64,000 bases of DNA from Candidatus Ozemobacteraceae bacterium (lineage in GTDB: Bacteria; Muiribacteriota; Ozemobacteria; Ozemobacterales; Ozemobacteraceae), in assembly GCA_965140445.1 (NCBI GenBank), contig OZ223236.1, forward strand, positions 1,408,001-1,472,000, given 5' to 3'. The stretch's first letter is position 1. The number at the start of each line of letters is the position of its first letter. The translations under genes and the position numbers were made by a program. Positions 28,638-38,894 of the stretch are shown here, one piece after another. The notes under the pieces were generated by a model that saw only the letters and a list, made by a program, of their open reading frames with translations, did no database searches and was not told the origin of the DNA.

Positions 28638-31600
28638 ATGAGCTTTTCAAGAAGAATTACAGGAATCTGGCTTGTAATATTACCCCTCTTATTGCCGGGG
28701 CTTTTGGTTGCCTCATGGCGGTGTTTTTTCCGACACGTTGCTGAGCAAAAAAATACCTTTGTAGAAACCGTCATAGACTTTGAAGAGCTTCGACAGCTTT
28801 CCAGAGAAGAGGGGTGGACATTAGATGAACTATTTTCCGAAGTTAAAAAAAGCGGAGCTAGTTCGGTAGCTATTTCTGAAGACACACTTACTTCATTAGA
28901 GTCTGAAGGCAGAATAACGGTTTTAAGCTTTCAGGAAATCCAAAAGCTTTCGATGGAAGAGGATCTTAAAGCAGTTATTCCTAATGGGATGGCGACAATG
29001 GGGGCTTTGTGGATTCATTCGCAGGATTCTTCTATTTTAGATAGGATCGAACAACAGCTTTCATGGAAATTAGCTGCTAAACATCTTTTCAGAATTCATC
29101 GAAACTTTTTGCTTATAAATAAATCCAGTGACGATTTTAAAAGTCGCGTTGGGCTTGGCTTTTCTGAACCTTATTTTGAGAAAGCAAGGGCACATGGGTT
29201 GGGTATTGTTGTAAGAGTATTTAATTATCCAGGCCTGACAGCGTCGTCTGCTGAAAGAATCGTAAATAGTCTTCCGGCACCAGCAAGTATTTCTGCTCTT
29301 CTTTTTGCTGAAGAGGAAATGCTTGGAAATAGAGGCGATTTAAAAGGGATTATTGAGCTGTTCCGAAATAGATCCTATCGCATCGGTTGGATCGAGTTTA
29401 ATACCCAGGAGGGCATTGGAAGCTATCTTAAAGGGCTGAGTTCTTCCCGACCCTTTGTAAGAGTTCATAGTATTAGCAGGAAGGAATTAGACCAGATTTA
29501 CAATGTAAAGCGAGCTGTTGCCAGATGGACTCGCGCCGTGAGAGATAGAAGCATGAAAATGCTCTATATTCGATGCTTTTTTCAAGATGAGAAGAGGTTT
29601 ATTGCAGACCTTGTCAGATATAATTTAGATTATCTTAAAAAGACTACAGACGAACTGCGCCGTTGGAACTATTCTATAGCAGAAAGCGAATCTCAGAGGC
29701 TATTTGAACCCAGACATATTATGGGTAAAATGAGTTTCCCTGAAAAGCTGGCAATGGGCATAGCTCTAATGCTTGGTTTGCCATGGCTAATAATGTTGGC
29801 TTTTCAAATTAGAAGTTCTGACAGGTATTTTATTGGGACAGCATTTGGGACCATTTTTATGTTTTTGGTGGTTCCTGAAAATCTTTTTGTATCAATAACG
29901 GGTTTGGTCGGAGCTATTACCTATGCGAGTATTGGTGTTATCTCCGCGGTAAGCTTTCTTGATGAGAAGAAGAGCTTTGGACTTAGAGAATATGTTGTAT
30001 TTTTTGCGCGACTTGTGTTTCCAGCCATTTTGGGAGGAATACTAATTGCAGGAATTTATTCTGAAGTAGAATTTCTCCTTAAATATAAGCAGTTCAGGGG
30101 AATTAAACTTGCTTTCCTTTTGCCTTTACTTATTTCTGGGCTTTGGGCTATTAGAAGATTTGGAAAAGGCTTTTTAAGATTTTTCTCTAAGCCTTTGAAT
30201 CCAATTAGCTCATTGATTGCCATAACCATGCTTGGTGGAATAGCAATTTATATCCTACGCTCTGGAAACGTAACTTTTATAAAGCCATCTGCGATTGAGG
30301 ACCAATTCAGAACCTTTTTGGAAGATACATTGATTGCAAGACCCAGAAACAAGGAGTTTTTGATTGGTTACCCGGCTTGCTTTCTGATTATATTTTTCTA
30401 CTTCAGGCGTTTGTATTCAATCATTCCAGTTCTCATTGTATTCCTGCAAATGGGGATGGTTTCAGTAGTGAATACCTTTTGCCACTTTCACAGTCCGCTT
30501 TTCCTAACTTTATTGAGGGTTTTTAATGGTTTGTGGACCGGGATTGCGGTAGGAATTATTGTTTTGGCACTTTTTAGGATTTCCCGCTTAATCTATTATC
30601 TTGGTGTGGAAAAAGGTAACTCAGTGATGCTTGTGGGCTATTTTGGCTTTGGTAATCTTGGTGATGAGCTTCTTCATTCCATTTTTTCCAGGAGAATATT
30701 AGAAGTTTTCCCCAAAATGAAGATTGCGGTTTTAAATCAGGGGCAAAGACAATCGAATGATTGCGAACAAGTTGAATTTGTTTCCAGAAAAGATCCTTTT
30801 GGAGTGCTTGAAGAGGTTTTTAAGGCTAAGTCTATTATTATTCCTGGCGGCGGAGTGCTGCAGTCTAAAACAAGCTTAAAAAGTCTTGTTTACTATTTAT
30901 CGCTGATAACAGTTGGTAGATTAGCTGGCGCAAAGATTTTGCTTCCTTCACAGGGGATGGGACCCTGGGGAGATTTATTGCTGGAAAAAAATCAATGGTT
31001 GAAAAGATGGCTTTTAAAAGAGCTAAAATCAGCAGAGATATTGACTGTCAGAGATTCAGAGTCACTTAGGCAGTTGGAAGCAATATCTGAAAATTTGGCA
31101 GAAAATATTGCTGTTGCTTCTGACCTTGTGTTTTTAAACAATGAATCTGTTCAGACAAAAGTTAAAGACGAAATTGAAAGCTTAAGGGTGGCTGCAATTC
31201 TTAGAGGTGACACTGAAGAATCGCCTTTTATTGCCAAATCATTGGTAGAAATGAGTGAAGAAATTGAAAACCTTGATTTGCATCCGATTGCTTTTCAGAC
31301 CTCTGAAGATGTTAAATCGTGGGATAATAGCGGGTTCGACGGTGAAGTGGAAGTCGTAAACTCTGGTAATTGTCTGAGCAGGTTAAAAGACTTTGACTTA
31401 ATTATTTCTGGGCGATTACACGGATGTATTTTAGCCGAAAGTTTGTTTATTCCATGGATTGGAATTGATTACGATCCTAAGGTTGATGGGTTTGCAAAAG
31501 AAGCAAAGTGGAAATACTGCTTTAAACCAGAGAAATTTGATCGGCAATTCCTGGAAAAAAAGATCGAAGAGATCGCTTTGAAAAGAGAAAAACTTTTGGA

Positions 31601-31679
31601 ATTACTTGCCAGAGAAAGAAAATACTTCTTTGGAAAGGCTGAAGAATCATTAGATCAGGTTATTAGAAGTATTCAATAA
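28638..31679 (+). CDS. DUF5693-family membrane protein fused to CsaB-like polysaccharide pyruvyl transferase
   Basis: N-terminal part: VRVHSI, RAVRDR, QFRGIKL, RSGN, RPRNKEFLIGYP, SVVNTFCHFH. C-terminal part: GYFGFGNLGDE, GGGVLQ, QGMGP, VRD..S, RLHG, YDPKV. Confidence 0.85.
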   Translation: MSFSRRITGIWLVILPLLLPGLLVASWRCFFRHVAEQKNTFVETVIDFEELRQLSREEGWTLDELFSEVKKSGASSVAISEDTLTSLESEGRITVLSFQEIQKLSMEEDLKAVIPNGMATMGALWIHSQDSSILDRIEQQLSWKLAAKHLFRIHRNFLLINKSSDDFKSRVGLGFSEPYFEKARAHGLGIVVRVFNYPGLTASSAERIVNSLPAPASISALLFAEEEMLGNRGDLKGIIELFRNRSYRIGWIEFNTQEGIGSYLKGLSSSRPFVRVHSISRKELDQIYNVKRAVARWTRAVRDRSMKMLYIRCFFQDEKRFIADLVRYNLDYLKKTTDELRRWNYSIAESESQRLFEPRHIMGKMSFPEKLAMGIALMLGLPWLIMLAFQIRSSDRYFIGTAFGTIFMFLVVPENLFVSITGLVGAITYASIGVISAVSFLDEKKSFGLREYVVFFARLVFPAILGGILIAGIYSEVEFLLKYKQFRGIKLAFLLPLLISGLWAIRRFGKGFLRFFSKPLNPISSLIAITMLGGIAIYILRSGNVTFIKPSAIEDQFRTFLEDTLIARPRNKEFLIGYPACFLIIFFYFRRLYSIIPVLIVFLQMGMVSVVNTFCHFHSPLFLTLLRVFNGLWTGIAVGIIVLALFRISRLIYYLGVEKGNSVMLVGYFGFGNLGDELLHSIFSRRILEVFPKMKIAVLNQGQRQSNDCEQVEFVSRKDPFGVLEEVFKAKSIIIPGGGVLQSKTSLKSLVYYLSLITVGRLAGAKILLPSQGMGPWGDLLLEKNQWLKRWLLKELKSAEILTVRDSESLRQLEAISENLAENIAVASDLVFLNNESVQTKVKDEIESLRVAAILRGDTEESPFIAKSLVEMSEEIENLDLHPIAFQTSEDVKSWDNSGFDGEVEVVNSGNCLSRLKDFDLIISGRLHGCILAESLFIPWIGIDYDPKVDGFAKEAKWKYCFKPEKFDRQFLEKKIEEIALKREKLLELLARERKYFFGKAEESLDQVIRSIQ

Positions 31680-31707
31680 TTGATTGATTTTATAAATTAT
31701 TTGAGAC

Positions 31708-31748
31708 AAAAAAAACTCCCCAATCAGTCTAGCTGATGGGGAGTTTTT
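31708..31748. terminator. Bidirectional intrinsic terminator
   Basis: AAAAACTCCCCAATCAG-tctag-CTGATGGGGAGTTTTT between convergent genes. Confidence 0.85.
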
Positions 31749-31757
31749 AGTATTAAA

Positions 31758-33200
31758 CTAGTATCTGTAGTGGTTTGGTTTATAAGGACCTTCTACTGGA
31801 ACTCCAATATAGTCTGCTTGGTCTTTTGAAAGCTTGGTAAGTTTAACACCGATTTTTTCAAGGTGAAGTCTTGCAACTTCTTCGTCAAGTTGTTTTGAAA
31901 GAGTGTAAACGCCAACTTTGCGATCACTTGTCCAGAGATCAAGCTGAGCAAGAGTCTGGTTTGTGAAAGAGTTGCTCATTACAAAGCTAGGATGACCAGT
32001 TGCACAACCAAGATTTACTAATCTGCCTTCTGCAAGAACGTAAATTTCATGTCCATCTTCATATGTGTATTTATCAACCTGAGGTTTGATATTGAGCTTT
32101 TTGATTCCAGGTGTTTTTTCAATTTTTGCCATCTGAATTTCATTGTCAAAATGTCCAATGTTACACACGATAGCCTGATCTTTCATTTTCAGGCAGTGCT
32201 CAGCTGTGATAATGTCTTTGTTACCTGTAGTTGTAACGTAGATGTCTGCTTTTCCAAGACTATCTTCAACTGTTGTAACTTCAAAACCTTCCATTGCAGC
32301 CTGGAGGGCGCAGATTGGATCGATTTCAGTTACGATTACGCGAGCACCAAAGTTGCGAAGGCTCTGGGCGCAGCCTTTTCCAACATCGCCATAACCACAT
32401 ACAACAGCAACTTTACCAGCTACCATTACATCAGTGGCTCTTTTGATACCATCAGCAAGACTTTCGCGACATCCGTAAAGGTTGTCAAATTTTGATTTAG
32501 TTACTGAGTCATTTACATTGATGGCTGGGAAAAGAAGAGTATTGTTTTCCATCATCTTATAAAGTCTGTGAACGCCAGTAGTTGTTTCTTCACTAACGCC
32601 TTTAATTTTCTTTGCAACGTTTGTCCATTTTTGAGGTTCAGATTTTAGAGTTTCTTTAAGAATTGAAAGAAGTTCCATTTCATCTTCGCCTTCTACTGTT
32701 CTATCAAGAACAGAAGCGTCTTTTTCTGCATCAACGCCGATGTGAATCATCATAGTTGCATCGCCGCCGTCATCTACGATCAAATCCGGACCCTGTCCAT
32801 CAGGCCAGATTAACGCTTCTCTAGTGCACCACCAATATTCTTTAAGTGTTTCGCCTTTCCATGCAAAAACTGGGATTCCACGTTTTGCAATTGCAGCAGC
32901 AGCGCTATCTTGAGTTGAGAAAATATTGCAGCTTGCCCATCTTACATCAGCGCCTAAATCGGCTAAAGTTTCGATGAGAACAGCAGTCTGAACCGTCATG
33001 TGAAGAGAACCCATGATTCTGGCACCTTTGAGAGGCTGTTTTTCAGCATACTTTGCACGAACTGACATTAAGCCAGGCATTTCGTGTTCAGCTATTTCAA
33101 TTTCTTTTCTTCCAAGCTGCCAAAGATCAATATCTTTTACTTTATAAGGCAATCTATCTGTAGTCGTCATGGTTTCTTTCTCCATTGCTGTTTGGTTCAT
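31758..33200 (-). CDS. ahcY: Adenosylhomocysteinase
   Basis: [55 protein letters not shown]. Confidence 0.98.
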   Translation of the reverse strand: MNQTAMEKETMTTTDRLPYKVKDIDLWQLGRKEIEIAEHEMPGLMSVRAKYAEKQPLKGARIMGSLHMTVQTAVLIETLADLGADVRWASCNIFSTQDSAAAAIAKRGIPVFAWKGETLKEYWWCTREALIWPDGQGPDLIVDDGGDATMMIHIGVDAEKDASVLDRTVEGEDEMELLSILKETLKSEPQKWTNVAKKIKGVSEETTTGVHRLYKMMENNTLLFPAINVNDSVTKSKFDNLYGCRESLADGIKRATDVMVAGKVAVVCGYGDVGKGCAQSLRNFGARVIVTEIDPICALQAAMEGFEVTTVEDSLGKADIYVTTTGNKDIITAEHCLKMKDQAIVCNIGHFDNEIQMAKIEKTPGIKKLNIKPQVDKYTYEDGHEIYVLAEGRLVNLGCATGHPSFVMSNSFTNQTLAQLDLWTSDRKVGVYTLSKQLDEEVARLHLEKIGVKLTKLSKDQADYIGVPVEGPYKPNHYRY

Positions 33201-33259
33201 TAAATTTCTCCTTAAAACAAAATCCTAACTTAATTAAGAATTTTCAAAATCAGGCTGTT

Positions 33260-33288
33260 ATTATCGCATTAGATAGGCTAAAAGTCAA
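33260..33288 (-). promoter_or_regulatory. Putative sigma70 promoter of ahcY
   Basis: Minus strand TTGACT, 17 nt spacer, GATAAT with an extended TG element. Confidence 0.5.
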
Positions 33289-33440
33289 ATTGGGCAATGT
33301 ACCGTATAAACGCTCAATCACTAGTTTTAAAAGTTATAAAAAAAACAGAGCAATACTCAAAAAAACGCGTAAGATCATCAGGACAAAACCTTAAGAGCAT
33401 GATAGGCTTATGGTTATCTAATAAAAGGAACTCACCCGCA

Positions 33441-34370
33441 ATGAAAATAATGAATAGCTCGCAAGTAAAAATAGCCTTGGAATTTACCAGTAAAAACTGC
33501 AGGGCCCTTGAGTATAAAAGGATGCAAAAACTTGTTGGTCAGGCAGATTCAATTTCATTGGTTGAAGAGCTTTCAAGATTTCAGAATTCTGATGGCGGGT
33601 TTGGAAAAGGCATAGAACCTGATTTTTGGCTTCCAGAGTCATCGCCAATGGCTACAACTGTTGCTTTCCAAATTATGGATGAAATTAGGTGGGAGAACTG
33701 CTACGAATTGTATGAAAAGGGATTGGCCTACTTTGAGCATTCCTATGACAAAAATGCTCAAAGATGGTGGGCGGTTCCTGGAGAGGTTAATGATTTTCCT
33801 CATGCTCCATGGTGGCACTTTGACGAAAATATTGGCAGGACTGTAATTGATAATTCTTTGGGAAACCCAGGTGCAGAAATTGTTGCTTATTTAATCCGGC
33901 ACTACTCTTTTGTTAAGAATATTGATCTTGGCTCAATTGTTGATAGCCTTATCAGTAATCTTGAATCATCTGACTCCGAATCTGAGCATGAAATTTACTG
34001 TTATCTTAAACTATTTGAGCAGTTGGATATTGTTGGAAAACAAAAACTTTTTCCTTGTCTTGAAAGCTCTGTCAGAAAACTTATGGTAACAGATTCCAGT
34101 AAATGGAATGGATATGTACCAATGCCAACAGATTTTATTCAAAGTCCTGATTCTGATCTTTTCAAGCTATTTGAAGTCCAAACAGAAGCGGCATTAGATT
34201 TTATAGTGGATAGTTTTTCTGAAACTAAGCTCTGGGAACCGGCATGGACCTGGGGGCAGTTTAATTCTGAGTGGGAAATTGCTAAAAAGCATTGGATCGG
34301 TGTTCTCGCAGTTAAAAATATGAGAATTCTCAAAAACTTTGGAAGGCTTGAGCTTGGAATTAGCAAGTAA
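33441..34370 (+). CDS. Hypothetical protein with prenyltransferase/squalene-cyclase-like repeat
   Basis: FQNSDGGFGKGIEPD..LPESSP.AT and PHAPWW motifs. Start probably ATG 33441. Confidence 0.75.
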   Translation: MKIMNSSQVKIALEFTSKNCRALEYKRMQKLVGQADSISLVEELSRFQNSDGGFGKGIEPDFWLPESSPMATTVAFQIMDEIRWENCYELYEKGLAYFEHSYDKNAQRWWAVPGEVNDFPHAPWWHFDENIGRTVIDNSLGNPGAEIVAYLIRHYSFVKNIDLGSIVDSLISNLESSDSESEHEIYCYLKLFEQLDIVGKQKLFPCLESSVRKLMVTDSSKWNGYVPMPTDFIQSPDSDLFKLFEVQTEAALDFIVDSFSETKLWEPAWTWGQFNSEWEIAKKHWIGVLAVKNMRILKNFGRLELGISK

Positions 34371-34386
34371 ACCAGGTTCAGGGTAT

Positions 34387-35688
34387 TTATCTGAAATTTG
34401 GTAAAGCCCTGTTAGTGTTAAAGACTATTTCCTCTTGCAAATTCCATTTTTCAACAGCGGTCTTAAGTCTGTAATATCTCTTGGAAAAATACCAATCCTG
34501 ATCATTTACTACTTTAAAGATCAGAATTTGCTGGAAAGCTTTCAGAAGAGAGACAAAAGCTTTTCGATCTTCTGATGGGTATTTATCAATTTTTTTCAAA
34601 ACCATATCAAAGGTTTTAAACTTATCTTTGTCAAACTCTGCACCAACTACTTTAAGTATGCTTTTATTATGTTTGTCGATTTTTGCTGCACAGGTCAGAT
34701 CAGATCTATTTTCGTTGAGGATAAAATAGTATTTTTTTATTAATCGAAGGTGGTTATAAACGGGCATTTTTACCGTTGCCTGGAAAATAATAGTCTTGGT
34801 TATCATTCGACTAATTTTGCTGCCAAGATATGCGCCAACAACAGAACCAACTCCTGGGCATATTGCGCTTCCAACTGTAGCGCCAAGGGAAGCTCCATAA
34901 AGGCTCACTACGCTGGTGGCAGAGCTTTTTAAGATTGACATTGCCAGAAAGGTAAATACTGAACCGTCTTTTAACGAATTTTTAACTAATTTTGTGACTT
35001 CTTCGTTTTGGCTGGCTGAGTGAATAATTTCTGCTCCCGCAGTTGATAGAGCTACTGTTGAAAAATGTAACAAAGTGTCTGAAATTGCTTCGCTTATTAA
35101 ACCAACATCCAGCCCTTGTAAAAACTCCTTAAGGAGTTCTGCTGCCGGACTTAGTGCAGCTGTTGCTGCCAGATTAGGCACTGATTTTGCAAGCTCATAA
35201 ACCAGCTGATCCATGGAAACTACGATTGCGCCATTGAAGGAAAAGGTCAGATGGCGTCTCTTTTTAGAAATATTTTCTACCGTAAGGTCTAATGAAACAA
35301 CATCTTCGCAACTTATCTGGTAGAAGGGACTTTTTAATCTTTCAGGCAGTTTCCCGCCAAACATGCCTGTTCCATGAAAGCTGATGAAATACCTGCGTAT
35401 TTTCTGATCATAAAAATGGCTATCGACTTTTAAATTGAGGGTTTTGGTTTTATCTAACTTATCGAAAAGGCATAGACAAACCTTATCGAGGCTTTCTGCG
35501 ACTTTGATAAGAGCTTTGCTTGTTTTTTGAGAAAAGGTTGTTCTGACTTTGTCTGCATTCTCTGAAGAACTGCTGAAAAGCCCTGCAGAAGCTACCGTAG
35601 AAAACAGGAGCGCAAACAAAATCGAAATAGCAATTGCTTTCGATTTTATGAACCCATGTCTAAAAATATTTTTCATTTGCTTACTCAT
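34387..35688 (-). CDS. Secreted hypothetical protein with glycine-zipper segment
   Basis: Signal peptide ending ASA-G; GASLGATVGSAICPGVGSVVGAYLG. Confidence 0.75.
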   Translation of the reverse strand: MSKQMKNIFRHGFIKSKAIAISILFALLFSTVASAGLFSSSSENADKVRTTFSQKTSKALIKVAESLDKVCLCLFDKLDKTKTLNLKVDSHFYDQKIRRYFISFHGTGMFGGKLPERLKSPFYQISCEDVVSLDLTVENISKKRRHLTFSFNGAIVVSMDQLVYELAKSVPNLAATAALSPAAELLKEFLQGLDVGLISEAISDTLLHFSTVALSTAGAEIIHSASQNEEVTKLVKNSLKDGSVFTFLAMSILKSSATSVVSLYGASLGATVGSAICPGVGSVVGAYLGSKISRMITKTIIFQATVKMPVYNHLRLIKKYYFILNENRSDLTCAAKIDKHNKSILKVVGAEFDKDKFKTFDMVLKKIDKYPSEDRKAFVSLLKAFQQILIFKVVNDQDWYFSKRYYRLKTAVEKWNLQEEIVFNTNRALPNFR

Positions 35689-35815
35689 TGTTTTTGATTG
35701 TACACAAAATTTTTCAAAATCGGAAGGGATTCAATTAATTGACTTTTACCATAAGAACGGTAGATTCTTACCAAAAATTATTGTTTTTAGTTTATACTAA
35801 CTTTACCAGAATATA

Positions 35816-38713
35816 GTGGCGAGAGAGAATATGGATAGTCAGATCACTAATGCAATGCCGGAGCATCTTGAGCTGAATGAGTGGATTCAGCTATGTCTGG
35901 ACTCTGAAAACGAGGTTCTTAGGCAAATTGCATTGGAAGAATTGTCTGCAACCGGTATTCCTCCTTATCTAAATCAAAAACTGAGAGAAATGTCTGGTCG
36001 AGACCCTTCTTCAGTATGTAGGCAGTTGGCCGGATGGGTTTGCGGGCTTGACGAAGCCAGAGCAACCTTAAGAAGCCAGATTCGAAAACTTGAGCTAAGT
36101 CCTGCAAACATTCAAATGTTATTAGATGGGGCAGAACCCGCTACTGCTTCGGCTTTAACTCAATTTTTGAGAAAGTCACCTTCCGAGGAAACTTTGGCTA
36201 CATGGCGTTCTCATTTATTAAGTGAGAGCAATTCCCGCATTTTACAGATTGGTTTAACCATTTTAGGAAAGTTTGGACAAGAGTCTGATTTTGAGCTGGC
36301 AGAAAAATTTCTTTTGCATTCTGATCAAGAGGTTGTTTGTGCCGCGCTTGGTTTATTGCAGCAACAGAATGTTGAAGCATTTAAGAGAAACCTCAGAGCT
36401 GGATTGACTTCTAAATCGTTTAAAATTCAATTGCATGCGGTTCATTTACTTCGGATTATTGATGTTGACGAAGCAATAAAATATATTTGTGCTTTTTTAT
36501 CGCACAAGAACCCTTTGATTCGGCAAAGAGCTCTAAGAGAGCTTGTCTTAGTGCCTTTTGATAAAATTTCTCACATTTTAATTCAATACCTCAGTGCGGA
36601 AACCAACCCCTTATTGCTTATAAAAGCAGGGTTTTTGGTTGCTTTTAATCCTGTCCCTGATTTTCCATTAAAACTTTATGACATTTTAAATCTTGCCAGA
36701 GACAGCAAAAAACACATTTTGCAGCTAATTCTAAAACAAAATATTGAAGCTGTAACTTCTGCTGGAATCATCAAAATGACCAGAGATGAGTATCTGGCTT
36801 ACTTGCAGCAAAAATTAAACGTTCGACGATCCGAAATGACCATCAGATGCGCAGCAAAAGATTTGGCCAGCACTGATGAATCTATAAGATCGGTTGCAGT
36901 AGAGAAGCTTGTTCCTTTTGTTGGTTTTCAATCGGTTAGAACTGCCCTGGAAAATCATCTTAAAACTGAAAAATCTGAAGAAATAGTTAGCGCACTCGAA
37001 GTTGCCTTAGGCATTTCCACAGAGAAAACAGAAAATAATTCCAAAACTTTTAATATTAAAGACGCTGACTCTATTGACCTGTTCTTAAAATGTTCAGTGA
37101 AGGAGCAAAAATCCTTTATTAAAAATATTAAGAGTTTTGAACAATTCACAGAAGGAAAGATCTTTCTCCTTGAAATTCTGCAATCTGAAGCAAAAAAGCC
37201 GGTTATGCTTGAGGTTTTAAGATGCTTTTCCAGCTATGGCACCCGTTTAGATACGCATTTTGTCCTAAAATTTCTTGAGTCTAACGATCCATCTATTGCT
37301 GCTGCAACCATTAAAGCCATTGGAAACTTTGATCTAGATGCCATTTTGCCTAAACTCAATCTGCTTTTGGCCAATGATGATCCCCGGGTTAAGTCATCGG
37401 CTCTGGAAGTCTATGTTCAAGCAGATAAGGAAGGAGCTGTCCAGTATCTGTCTTCAATGCTTAAATCGACTTCCTTAGCAAATAGAAGACTTGGTTTGTC
37501 TTTGCTCCCGCAGCTTGATTATCCTTCTGCGGAGCCATTACTTTGGAATTTGTTAAAATATGAAGCGAATGGCGAATTAAAGCAGCAAGCTGGATATATG
37601 GTAGCGGCAAACCCTACATATGAAGGCGTTAAGAGGCTTTTTAATATTTCTCATAAAAAAGATGCTTCTATAAAGCCGGGGTATGAAGAAATTTGGAGCG
37701 TGGCAAAACTTTCAGCTGAATCAGTCTTTGATATGAGCGCGGAAGAAATTGAAAAAGATTTGATTAATCATCATTTAGCTTTACAGGAAGCGCCCAAAGA
37801 AGACAAATCCGCCTATTCATTCAGCAGTGTTGTTGGAGAGTCTGGTTTGCCAGCCGCAACTACAGAGGATGCCGACGAGCCTGAGTTCACAGAAAAGCTC
37901 TACATGAATTTCGTGGAAAATAAGTCGCTATGGTTTGGTGCTGTTTTAATCATTTTTCCTTTGATATACATGGTTGTTTTTCAATCCTCAGAAAGACCAG
38001 GGAAAAGCACTGCAAGAGGTCGCCTTGGCAACGTTTCTGCGGCCAAATTTTATAAGAATTCCAAGACAGAGTCGGTCAAAACTCAGGTCGGAGGGGCTGA
38101 TTGGAAGGGTACTCTCAAGTCTGGTGCTCGTGAGCTGCTCTCAGGTTCAGCTTATTCTGCAGCTATTAGATCAGGATTTCAAGAGTGCGAAGACATTAGA
38201 GAAGATTATGATCAGAATCTTCGACAATATTATATGGATTTGGCTAATAATCCAAATGAGCCAGAGGAAGCCAGACAGCTTGCTGAGGCCAATTTGAACC
38301 CATATTTTGCAAAAGGAATGCGAGCGTGGGAGGAAAAAAGTATTTCGGAAGCAGAGCTGAATTTTGAAAAGGCTATTGATGATCCAGCTTTAAACACGGT
38401 TGGAAAATGTTTTGTTCTACAAAAACTTGCAGAAATGGCAGAAAACAAAAAGGACAAAGTTAAGTGGATTAAATGGCAGGATCGCTTGATGAAAGAACTA
38501 AAGAAAATGCCCGGATACGAAAATATTAGTGGCTTCGATAATTTTGCCAAAACCTATGGCAAGTTGATGGAAGTCGGGCAATATGTATCTCACGGCGGTG
38601 ATAAAGAGGGAATTGTAAGCTATTTAAAAGAACGTGGAGAAAGTGAATTCTCTGCAAGGCAGAGTATCGAATCTCTAAAAAAGATGGATAATATCTTTGA
38701 TCAGAAAAAGTAA
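35816..38713 (+). CDS. Large HEAT-repeat protein with single TM and C-terminal TPR-like region
   Basis: HEAT units (DPSSVCRQLA, DQEVVCAAL, NPLIRQRAL, DDPRVKSSAL); TM LWFGAVLIIFPLIYMVVF. Confidence 0.8.
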   Translation: MARENMDSQITNAMPEHLELNEWIQLCLDSENEVLRQIALEELSATGIPPYLNQKLREMSGRDPSSVCRQLAGWVCGLDEARATLRSQIRKLELSPANIQMLLDGAEPATASALTQFLRKSPSEETLATWRSHLLSESNSRILQIGLTILGKFGQESDFELAEKFLLHSDQEVVCAALGLLQQQNVEAFKRNLRAGLTSKSFKIQLHAVHLLRIIDVDEAIKYICAFLSHKNPLIRQRALRELVLVPFDKISHILIQYLSAETNPLLLIKAGFLVAFNPVPDFPLKLYDILNLARDSKKHILQLILKQNIEAVTSAGIIKMTRDEYLAYLQQKLNVRRSEMTIRCAAKDLASTDESIRSVAVEKLVPFVGFQSVRTALENHLKTEKSEEIVSALEVALGISTEKTENNSKTFNIKDADSIDLFLKCSVKEQKSFIKNIKSFEQFTEGKIFLLEILQSEAKKPVMLEVLRCFSSYGTRLDTHFVLKFLESNDPSIAAATIKAIGNFDLDAILPKLNLLLANDDPRVKSSALEVYVQADKEGAVQYLSSMLKSTSLANRRLGLSLLPQLDYPSAEPLLWNLLKYEANGELKQQAGYMVAANPTYEGVKRLFNISHKKDASIKPGYEEIWSVAKLSAESVFDMSAEEIEKDLINHHLALQEAPKEDKSAYSFSSVVGESGLPAATTEDADEPEFTEKLYMNFVENKSLWFGAVLIIFPLIYMVVFQSSERPGKSTARGRLGNVSAAKFYKNSKTESVKTQVGGADWKGTLKSGARELLSGSAYSAAIRSGFQECEDIREDYDQNLRQYYMDLANNPNEPEEARQLAEANLNPYFAKGMRAWEEKSISEAELNFEKAIDDPALNTVGKCFVLQKLAEMAENKKDKVKWIKWQDRLMKELKKMPGYENISGFDNFAKTYGKLMEVGQYVSHGGDKEGIVSYLKERGESEFSARQSIESLKKMDNIFDQKK

Positions 38714-38829
38714 GACTTTGTTTTTCTAATCGAAGCCGAAAATTTTTATTATATCCATACAACGTTTTGCCTATGTTTTTCGTATTTCTATTAGAAGGAA
38801 AATCGCGCGCTGTATTGTGTACTTAGAAT

Positions 38830-38858
38830 TTGGATTTTATGTTCCTATGTTTTATAAT
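38830..38858 (+). promoter_or_regulatory. Putative sigma70 promoter of the minor-pilin cluster
   Basis: TTGGAT, 17 nt spacer, TATAAT; GGAG RBS before TTG 38895. Confidence 0.5.
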
Positions 38859-38894
38859 TAGTAAAGCTTTATAGAGCAGGACTGGAGAGTAATT

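Noticed and set aside
33201..33300. SAH or SAM riboswitch upstream of ahcY
   Set aside because: The predicted leader is short and AT-rich with no recognisable aptamer.
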